The translations under genes were made by a program, and so were the position numbers. This document shows positions 24,269 to 35,300 of a stretch of 55,193 nucleotides of DNA, piece after piece. The DNA is from Octopus bimaculoides (lineage: Eukaryota): the NCBI RefSeq assembly GCF_001194135.2, contig NC_068996.1, forward strand, positions 29,139,101-29,194,293. The letters are read 5' to 3'. The notes under the pieces were generated by a model. That model saw nothing but the letters and a program-made list of their open reading frames with translations, did no database searches and was not told the origin of the DNA. The stretch's first letter is position 1; every line of letters begins with the position of its first letter.

Positions 24269-27025
24269 TTATATGCACATATGTGTGTGTGTGTGTGTAT
24301 AGAATGTTTGAAGTAGTGTACAGGTTTTATATAAGGAAAAAGAAGTACTCAAAATTTTGGATAATCATTTAGCAGTACTTTCAGCTCATTCATTTCTGGA
24401 ACTCATCAGATATGATTTTTTACAGAAGATTATTTACCTTTTATATAAATCTGAAAGAAAATGTTCTTTTGTTATTTATATGTGTTTGTATTTATATAAA
24501 TGCATGTAATGTATGTGCATATATATGTGCATGCACATATGTGCAAGTGTGTGTGTGTGGTGAACCCCTGGAAGCCTGGCCAGAGGGATAAAGAAAGGAA
24601 AAGAGAAAAGAAAGAAAGAAAAAAAAAGAAAGAAAGAAAGAAAGAAAGGAAGAAAGAAAGAAAAATTGTTTCAAATTGAATTATAATTAGTAATGCTGGC
24701 GTCTACCAAGAAATTAATATGTTTCAGAATTGTTAATAGGCTTGTTTTCATTTCCTTTTTGTTTCAAATTGGTGTTTATTTTATATAATTTCAATGTATG
24801 GAGATTATTTCAAAAATAAATTTCTTTATCTTCTCTTTCCAGAATGATTCGCTATCAGCCTGCATTAGGAATATTTCGAAATACTTTCAACTACAACAAC
24901 TACATGTATGTTCTTGCAGCTCACATTGCTGAAAGAATCGCAAATAAAACATGGGAAGAAATGATCAAGGATTACATATTTGTTCCACTTGGAATGAAAA
25001 ATAGTGGATTTTCTGATCAAACAGAATTTAACGAAACTTTTGCAATGCCTTATGTCACTGTTCATGGAAAATTGAAGAAAACTGGAATGGAGGTTGTCAG
25101 GTAAAATTATGTATGCATGTATGTATTTCTCTGTTCGTTTGTACATGTGTGTGTGTGTGTGAGATGTCTAAAAGACTGAAAAGTAAAAGTTTGCTTCAGA
25201 ATCATGAAATTCTGACATTTATCCTGCTGTATAGCATCTTGAGTCTTATGCAAGTGTCTTCAATCATGGCTTCAGTTTGACTCTGTGAGGGAAACTGGGT
25301 ACACAGAATCTGTATCCAATGAGCTGTACTTGTAATTCAAAGATTCAGTTTTCTGACACTGAGTACCACACTGATTATGTTTGGAGATTACATCAATAGT
25401 ACAAGTGTCTATGGAATATTCAGTTAATTACACTATAGATCAATAGATCAAGTTCAGTCGAAAAATTATAATACACAGTCCAAAGCAACAAAATTATCCC
25501 TTTCCATGGCTATATTTTAAAAAAGTTATTTAATTCTTCCATATTTCTGACTTTATTTGATTCACTTTTAATTTGAAAGTTCATATTAAGTTCTAATCAT
25601 ACTGTAAGAAGGATTTATTAGTGGCCTAAATTTATATTTCCGAAAGTCTCAGTCTGTATGGTTGCACCTTAGCTTCAAGTCAGCTCCAACTGACCTATAG
25701 TTAGAAATGTGCTTTTTTTTTGGCTTTTTTTTCTGCATGTAGATTATAAATGGCTACAATATTCAATATTTCTGAAGACAGAAGTGAGATGTAATTTTAG
25801 AGATGGCTAATATCTCTAGCATGTCAATTGAATGATCTTGTAGAAGCCTTCTTATTTCATTATGCTGTATGTACATTGCAATTTCTAACTTCAACATTCT
25901 TTTCCCCTTTTAACACCTGAAAACTAAGTGAAACTACTGAACACACTCCTAACCGAAACTTGTAATTACACCAATACCAACAATTTCCCTCTCATCAATA
26001 GTTGTCTAGTTAGGGGACATCATGTGTAAGTGTATCTTAGCATCAACTTTTCTTCTAGGGCCTCCATTTGTATTACATACTATACCTTTGTAGGAGCACT
26101 ATTTCCCTTTGGTGAAACTGTTATCCAGCTATGCATGATTTGGTTGGTTTAGCCAACTGCATTGCATCATGCATTGATACAAGTTTTCTAGCAGTTTGAG
26201 CCAGGCATCAAAGCAAGAAAGACATATTGTCATGTTACTGTCTCAAATCAAACTCGCGTGGAAAATATCTAATGAAAGAACATTCTAGAACTTAATAACT
26301 GTTTATTGACTATTCAAACGTTTATCATATTCTACATTCTTTACATTATGTTCCACATTTTTCACTTTATGCTGTAACTGTAAATGTTATGTCTTTAATA
26401 GGCTGCATACACCTGTTTTGGATTTGTGAACTATGTCCAGGATCTTTAAAATGTCTGTTATTAATTAAGGACACTTTTACCTTATCACTGAATGTTATAC
26501 ACTGTATACTGGCAAGCAAACTTCTATTTAATCCTATCACCAATTCCTCTTATAATAAATTATTATTGTTCTGTTAAGCCTTCTGATCATTGTCAATTAT
26601 TCACATCTACCTGAAATTATAATTATTTCATTACAAGGTATTCTACTATCACTGTTACACACTGACATATTTTGTGGGAACATTCATTCCTAAACAATGG
26701 TTCAGTCTAGAACAACCTTTAAAATTAGAAAAAGTCAGATATTTTCGTGCCATCTCAATTAAAAATTGATGACCATATGGACTAAACATGAAAATATATA
26801 CATAAAAACACATCCATAAAACAAACATACAAATCTGCGCATACACTAACACCAAATACTGTGCACAAACACACATATGCACAAATACCTAGATGATGTT
26901 GATAAAAGTTCCAATGAAGGAGCCTTGAATCTATGTTAGAGTCCGGCTCTTTCTCTATGGACAAGAAATACAGAAATGAAACTGATTGATAACATACATA
27001 TACATGCATACATACGTGCATACAT

Positions 27026-27066
<41 letters not shown>

Positions 27067-28857
27067 ATTATTTTAGTTTTAGTCTCATTTTGTTTCCTTT
27101 TGCTTAATTTAAAGTGTTAGTTCTTGTTATTGGATGAGACTTATTTGAGGCAATAATCTAAGGTAGAAGTACTAAGCCTAAAGTACTACAAAGTGAAAGA
27201 AAACTCAAGGTCACCTGATGTGATGTGTTGGGTATGTGTCTTCTACTTGTTGCTTAAGAAGAAAAAAAATGAGGAGGATGTGGTGGTAGTGGTGATGATG
27301 ATAATATTGGGAGGAAGAGGAGGAGGAGGAGAAGAAGAAGAAGAAGAAGAAGAAGAAGATGATGATGATGATGATGATGATGATAATGATGTAGAAGAAG
27401 AAAGTGGAAGAGAGAAAAAGAGTAGAGAAAGAAGTAGAAACAGAAGAAAACCAAGGGATTAAGAAGAAAGTGACCAGAATTAGAGAAGTAGACAGAAAAG
27501 GAGGGAACTACAGAAGAAGAAGAATGAAGGGGAATAAAATGATATTTAATGATATTTGAGATTGCTGATGAAAGAAAAGAAATAAAAAACAGAAAAAAGG
27601 TCATTTAAATCCAGATGGCGTTGATCTGAAATGGTTTTTATGAGTAAAAGATAGTTGATATTTAACGGGTTGTGTAAAATTCAAGTTTTTGCTTTTTTTT
27701 TTTTTGGCTTGTTAAACATGAGGAGCAGTATTTTGAGACACATCCTTACAAAATATACATATAGGTGTACTTGTGCATGTACACACACACACACATACAT
27801 ACACACACACACACACACATCTACTTTCAAACATACCCACTTCTACACCAGGTTTCAATCAGATCTGGCAAAGTTTCTACAGCTGGATGCCCTTCCTAAT
27901 GCCAACCACTCTGAGGGTGTAGTGAGTGCTTTTACATGCCACCAGCATGAGGGCCAGTCAGGTGGTACTGGCATCGGTCATGCTCAAATGGTGCTTTTTA
28001 TGTGCCACCAGAACAGGAGCCAGTCAGGCGACACTCGCAACAATCACGCAACAATCAAATGGTGTTTTTTACATGCCACAAGCATGGGAGCCAGTCTGTG
28101 GTCCTGGCAACGATCATGCATGAATGGTGCTTTCAACATTCCACTGGCATGGGCGCCAATCAGCCGGTACTGTTATCGGCCATGACAACGATTTCACTTG
28201 CCTCAACAGGTCTTCGCGAGCATAGTTTATTGTCCACTGATTGAAGGGTACTCTTAAATGGGCTGGTTATGCAGCACTGGCGTAGGCCACGGGTTATGGT
28301 TTCACTTGCCTTGCCAGGTCTTCTCAAGCACAGCATATCTCCAAAGGTCTCAGTCACTTGTCATTGCCTCAGTGAAGCCCAATGTTCAAAGGTCGTGCTT
28401 CACCACCTCATCCTAGGTCTTCCTGGGTCTACCTCTTCCACAGGTTCCCTCAACCACTAGGGTGTGACACCTTTTCACGCAGCTGTCCTCATCCATTCGC
28501 AACACATGACCATACCAACACAGTTGTCCCTCTTGCACACTACATCTGATGCTTCTTAAGTCCAACTTTTCTCTCAGGGCACTTACACTCTGTCATGTAT
28601 GCACACTGACATTACATATCCGGCAGAGCATACTGGCTTCATTCTTTGCAAGATTATGCATATCCTCAGCAGTCATGGCCCATGTTTCACTGCCATGTAG
28701 CATGTGGTTGAGGGGTTCATTTAACTCCTATTTCTTGTGAAGGAGGTGCTTTACAGCACAATAATTATATTATATCATATATATATATATATATTCTACT
28801 AAACTTGCTTGCATGATAATTGCTTTTAATTGCCACTAATATTACTAGTTACTAGTA

Positions 28858-28898
<41 letters not shown>

Positions 28899-31155
28899 AA
28901 TATACACACACACACAAATGAGTAACAGTAGAGGTACAGGTGTCGATCTATTATGGCCATTTCTAATGACTCCTTTAATTGATTAATAAAAACATTACGT
29001 CATTATAAAGAAATTGTATCCTTCAGATGAATTCACGAACTTCAAAATTACTTAACATCATCATCATCATCATCATCGTTTAACATCCGCTTTCCATGCT
29101 AGCATGGGTTGGACGATTTGACTGAGGACTGGTGAAACCAGATGGCTACACCAGGCTCCAATCTGATTTGGCAGAGTTTCTACAGCTGGATGCCCTTCCT
29201 AACGCCAATCACTCTGAGAGTGTAGTGGGTGCTTTTACGTGCCACCGGCACAAAGAGAGAGTGGGTTAGAGAGTGGCATGACGAGAGTCATAGTCAACTG
29301 AAATAGTAGCAGAATCACTGAAAACGTTTTCCTCTGTGGATTTTAAACTATGTTAAATCATTTTGAATGTCCTTAAATTTGAATTTCATGAATTCATCTG
29401 ATGAAAACGATTTGTTTATAATGATGTAATGTTTTCATTAATCAATTAAAGGAGACATTAGAAACAGCTGTGGATTGACACCTGTGCCTCTACTCATTTA
29501 CATTTTATTCACCTGTCTTGGAATCTGCCCTTGGGAAATTATTATGTCTGCATAGCTCAACAGTGAATTTCTTTGCTCAGCTGTGTCTAATTGTCTACAT
29601 ATACTGCATGAATATCATTCGTTCAGAACTTCTGTACCAAGTTTGATATTTACATGATATTGTTGCATGTGTATATTATTCTGACCTAACAAGGTGCCTC
29701 AATTTAAGTACCTAATTCAACTGAACTTTACTTATATATATATGTATATATATATATATATATATNNNNNNNNNNNNNNNNNNNNNNNNNNNNNNNNNNN
29801 NNNNNNNNNNNNNNNNNNNNNNNNNNNNNNNNNNNNNNNNNNNNNNNNNNNNATATATATCAGTTGAATAAAGTTAAAACATGGTCTGGTGAAAACCAGA
29901 CCATGTTTTAACTTTATTCAGCTAAAGTTAAGAAAAATACGTAAGAAGAACCTACATATATATTTCTGTGAAAACAGTAAGTAGTTGGGAATCTCCAAAA
30001 TATGTTGTTTAATGTCAAGGAAATTGCCACATTCATACTATTTTATGGTTGGACTTCTACAGGATTCAAAAAGAGCTAACTCCACTTAGGTGATCATTAT
30101 ATCTTTTGAGTGAAGTGTGTAGTGTTGTAATGTTCTTTAAAAAAACGTCAGCTTTCTACAACATGCAAATAAATCATTAATTGCATCCATTTATTCTCCA
30201 TTTTTTTCTCCTTGTTTTCCCCTCAATATATATATTAATATACATATAATATAAATAATATATATATGCATGTAAAGACATTTGAGTGAGATCGTTGCCA
30301 GTGCCGTCGGACTGGCTCCTGTGCAGGTGGCACGTAAAATACACCATTTATGTATTTAAGATTGGAGTTAGGCTTGTGGTATGGTTCATAGTTGCCTGTA
30401 ATATGATTTAAGTTAACATCTAAGAAGTTAACTGACTCATGTTCATTTTCAATTGTTATGGAGAGACCAAAATTTTTTTTTAAAAAAACCTATAAAATTT
30501 CTTCTTGTACAATTCTACTTTTCTATTAGATAGGTTTCTAATGGTAAAAAGAGCATCAACCCTATATAAACCTCTCGCAAGTCCAGGAAAATCTCTTCTT
30601 AAGATAAATAAAATATAAATACCTACTAAATCAGTAACTTGGGCAGAATCTGTGGAACCCATAGCAATATCAAAGTCGTCACAACTATCTTTCTTAATTC
30701 AATACTGGTTTTCAAATTCTATAACTGTTCTTCTGGCAGCTAAAATGATGTTAATTTCTTTCATATTCAGGTTTGAATGGTTTCTTGTGAACAAATGAGA
30801 CTTGTTTAAAACTACCTGGTTAATTGAAGAGTAATAACTACCAATGTCTATTTGTATAAATTTGCCTCTACTTTGTATTTAATGCTGTTAAACCAATTTA
30901 TTACTTTGTGGGTATTAGACCAAAGTTGTAACCTTATCTTTTCCTTAAGAACCAGTATGTACTTATCTAAAATAGCCTTACTTAGTTTACTCAAGTCCAA
31001 TTTCCCTGAGCAAATCAATTTTACTTTAGGGTTTCCATAAAAGTTGTCCTTATGATCCTTTAAAATAAACCTAGGTCTTTTAGGAACAAAAGATTCATTT
31101 CTGTCATCCAGTTTGTAATTCTCAATTATCTGTTTGGATATTAAGTCGGTAGTTC

Positions 31156-31189
<34 letters not shown>

Positions 31190-31491
31190 TAGTTATTTTG
31201 TAACTTTTAGTAATTTCTGTTTTTAATAGATTATGGTAGTAATTATTTCCAGATTATACAAGTTGCCAGTCATGTCTGAGTGTATGGTTATCCCATTTTT
31301 ACTTTTAAGCTCTGATACAATAGATTTAAGCTTCCTCAAATGCTCATTCAATTTAATTCAATTTAATTTCTCAAATTGATTTAATTTGGCATGGATACAA
31401 TTGTAGGTGAAATTGAATTTGATATTGTTCAGAATTGTATTATGTTCTAATAAATTGATGTCTATATGTCAATTTCTCTGTTTTCTTTCTT

Positions 31492-31528
<37 letters not shown>

Positions 31529-32290
31529 TTTATCTATGTAAGTATGTATCTATCTATCTACTTATCTATCTGTCAACTCATCTACATTTATTGTGTGTGT
31601 GTGTGTGTGTGTGTGTGTATGATTGTTCATTGATATCTTTAACTCTAGGGCATTCAGAATTCTTTGTCAAACGTAATGCTTATTTATTCACATCGTTTTG
31701 AATTAATCACACATTATTTTGTAGCTTCAAGATTTCAATGATGTGTTTGTAGATTTTAGAATGACATTATAGGGTAAGTATGAGAGGTTGAATGAGGTCT
31801 GCTTTAGCATAAAACATATAGAATATTTGGGCCAGATATAGTCGAATTAAATGCTAAAGGGTTAATCTGAGCTAGGGCTGAAAATATTTGTAACTCACTC
31901 TCAATCTCTTTTTCCTACTGACTTCCATACCATTTGACTACAATTCCATATTTTAGATAGCTTATTCCACCTTTCTTTTTTTCTTAATTCAATTTTCTGT
32001 TTTCCAGGTCTATATACCCTGCTGGACCAGCAGGTTCTATCTACACTACACCAACAGATATGATCAAATGGATAAAATTTCATTTGGAACAAAATTCTTC
32101 AGGGAATTCACTTGACATCCATCCTGAACGTTTGAAAGATACATATAAACCTATCAGCCCAAAACCAGTTTTAGAAGATGATCTGACGAAACCTAAATTT
32201 CCCATTGATGATGTGTTTGTATCATACAACATGGGCTGGATAAGTTCTGTGTATAGAGGTTTGTTATTATTCACTTTAAAGGCATTATTA

Positions 32291-32342
<52 letters not shown>

Positions 32343-35300
32343 GTGAGAGAGCAGTGCATGCCATCGAAGTGACACTGGGGTAAAATATACAAAGCCCAGT
32401 ATACCTGTCATGACTACCTGTCTGATTAAGGTACCCCAGGCACATACATCACAACCATATGTGCACGACATAGTGATCTCATATCAAGGTAAACAGCACA
32501 TGACCTTGCAGGTGATGTCCAGTTAGAAATTTGAGTAGACCATCCCACTAAAAAGGTCCCTTAATGTTTGTTTTAGGATGTTGAACAACACACCCATGTT
32601 TCCAGAGGTGAATTATTTAAATCCTCAAAAATTTTTCTTGGCACATGGCTATGATGCACCCCCACTACTTCTGCTTGTAATCAGAGATGCACATATCATC
32701 AGCCACCAAGGGACATGCTCAATTGGTTAAGGTCAAGCAAGCAACAAGCAAATCTGTGGTATTGATCAGAATATTTGCTGTAGCCCATCTTTTATACCAA
32801 GACAAAACATATACATGATAACACTTCCAATCAATTAAGATTAGAAATTATTATTGTGGAAGGGACGTGTTCTAATAGTCAAGCAGTCAGTCTGTTGCCA
32901 GTATCCTCTGACTGGTGGATAAGGTATGCTGTGTCTCCTAATATGCAAACACGCTCTTAGGTTGTGAGGCTCATCTTTCTACAGCTCGTCTCCCTTACTG
33001 AGCTGCAGTCCTGGATGAAGAAAAAACTGAGACTGAGTGCCTGGCACCTAGAATGTCATCAGGCACTCACAACTCTCTATCAGTTGGGCAATGGGTTAGA
33101 GTTTGGGTGGATGTCCTGCTTTAAAAATTTATAGAGGATTAGTGGCAGGGAAGTGTGATGACGTTCTTGGGGAGACTTTGGGTGCTGATGAAAACAAACT
33201 GTGCTATCAGATGGGCTTGTCAAAGGTGCATGCAGAGTAATGAAACCATTCTGCATGCACTCGTTTAGTGTTTGGCATTGTTGACTTGTGGGGTTATGTC
33301 GAACAGCTGCTTCCACATGTGGGATGGATCCGTCTATCAGCTGAGTCCATAGTGATGATTAGCCCGCCGCCCTCCTTCAGTCAAGCAAGCAAGGCAGTTT
33401 TCTTTTGCCTGGTGGCTGTGGCAAAAGAGGTTTCTGGTGAACGAAGCTGAAAGGCATGATGACAGATACATTCCTCTTTGGTAGAGCTCTCATTGACTTC
33501 TTCAAGTTTCACTCGAAAAGGAAATTGTGAGTGGAGAGGGAAGTACTATCCTTGAGTGAGTTTATTAAAGGTGAGTGAAAGTTGCCAAAAAGGGTAAGAG
33601 TGGATGGTACCTCTCTAGGTGCAGACCTGTGAGTCAGAGTGAAGGAATCGGAGAGACACTTGCTCTTGGTATTCAGGGAAATCTTGGACAGTGAGGTTCC
33701 TCGATTATCCCTAGAGATCATCCTGTATCAGGAGGACTACTTCTCTATCAGCCTCCAACCCTTTTTTCTTCTTTAAACCTTTGTATATTATGTATATGTC
33801 CCTTCCTTTTCATTATATACTGTGTATATGTATGCTACATTTAAAAAAAATATTTTATCATTAAAAAATTTTTTTCTATTTTATCATTTCATTATATGTA
33901 AACCCCAACACTTTATGTCTGTCTTTGTATTGTCCTCTTATCCTTTACCCTGATGGCAAATAGATGAAATCATTATTATTATTATCATTCATTGTCATCA
34001 TCAATGTCATCATTATCATCATTGTCACCATCGTCGTCGTCATCTTTGTCATCATCATCATCATCATCATGGTTGTTGTTGTTAATATCATTGCTTTACA
34101 CCCACTTTTTATGTTTGCATGAGATGGATGTATTGTCATAATATGAGTTAGTTTTTGTTTGGTGTTCCTACCCTCTTAGATGTGTCAGGGAACCTCATCT
34201 TTCTGGTAGTTTTTATTTTTGGTATGGTTTTTATGACTCTATGATTGGGTGCCCTTCCTAACACCAACTATTTTTTTTTACAGAGTGTACTTGTACATTT
34301 TATCATGACACTTGCACTAAAGTTGCTGTCATATCCTCAACAAGAGAAGACAAAGATTCTCCTGACTCTACATTGTCTCCATTCATTTGCTAAACAATCT
34401 ACGGAGTATACTGGCTGCATTTTAATATGGAACACCACTAGTAAGGTTGCTATATATCCTGTATGACAAAAGAAGTCCTCACTGCTTTACATGGTCTCAC
34501 CAATACAGCAGTTACAGGTAGTGGTACTTGCAGAAGATGAACTAGGATGAAAAGGAGAAAAGAGTGAGGGTTTGATGAAACAGTGATTGGAGCAACAGTG
34601 TGAAAGAGGATAGAGAAACAGGAGAAATTGTGCTAGAAGAAGTAATGGCATGGGAAACAGTAATGGCATGGGAAACAGTAATGGCATGGGAAACAATAAT
34701 GGCATGGATAATGGTATATAGACACTAAAGGCAGGTACATAAGTGCTGTTAAGAAAGAGAGAATGAGTGTTGAATAATCATAGGAATGGTCAATTGTAAG
34801 AGAATGTGATGAATGTCAATAATGAGAGAACTGAAAGAGAGAGTGTGGTGATTTGTAGTATAGAAGGGTAAAAGTAGCTGGTAAAAGAAAACATGACCAG
34901 TAAATAGTCAAGATATGATGGTATGAGAGTGGTGGTTATCACTGTTTAGATCATATCTGGTCATATTGTTTCATTAGTTCATTCAGTCTCTATGGATAAA
35001 AAACACATAAATTCCTACCTTTGGCTCATCTTATATGTAAATGATACAAATTATTGTTAATACATCAGTGTAGTGGTACACAAAATGCATTGCATTCAGG
35101 AGTGTGACTGACCAGAGTAAACAGAATTATCATCAACAAACTCTATAATAGTCCTAGATTCGCTACGTCTGAAAAAGAGACTAGATGCTCAAGACTGGAA
35201 CACATTTGATTACAAATGTATTGGGCTGAGACTAAATTGGGGCTAAGCAATAACAGCAACAACATTTAGTACCATTCTTGCATCACAGTTGTGTGGTTTG

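Noticed and set aside
27193-27604. Acidic poly-E/D ORF and poly-L/H antisense ORF
   Set aside because: These come from intronic (GAA)/(GAT) microsatellites. The many C/V/Y/I/H/T-repeat ORFs elsewhere come from (TG), (TA) and (TATG) repeats.
32259-32383. Poly-Leu transmembrane tail continuing exon 4
   Set aside because: It is (TTA)n from an intronic repeat; a good donor at 32259 joins in frame to exon 5.
34641-34710. MPLLFP repeat peptide ORF
   Set aside because: An 18-bp minisatellite in an intronic repeat remnant with no coding support.
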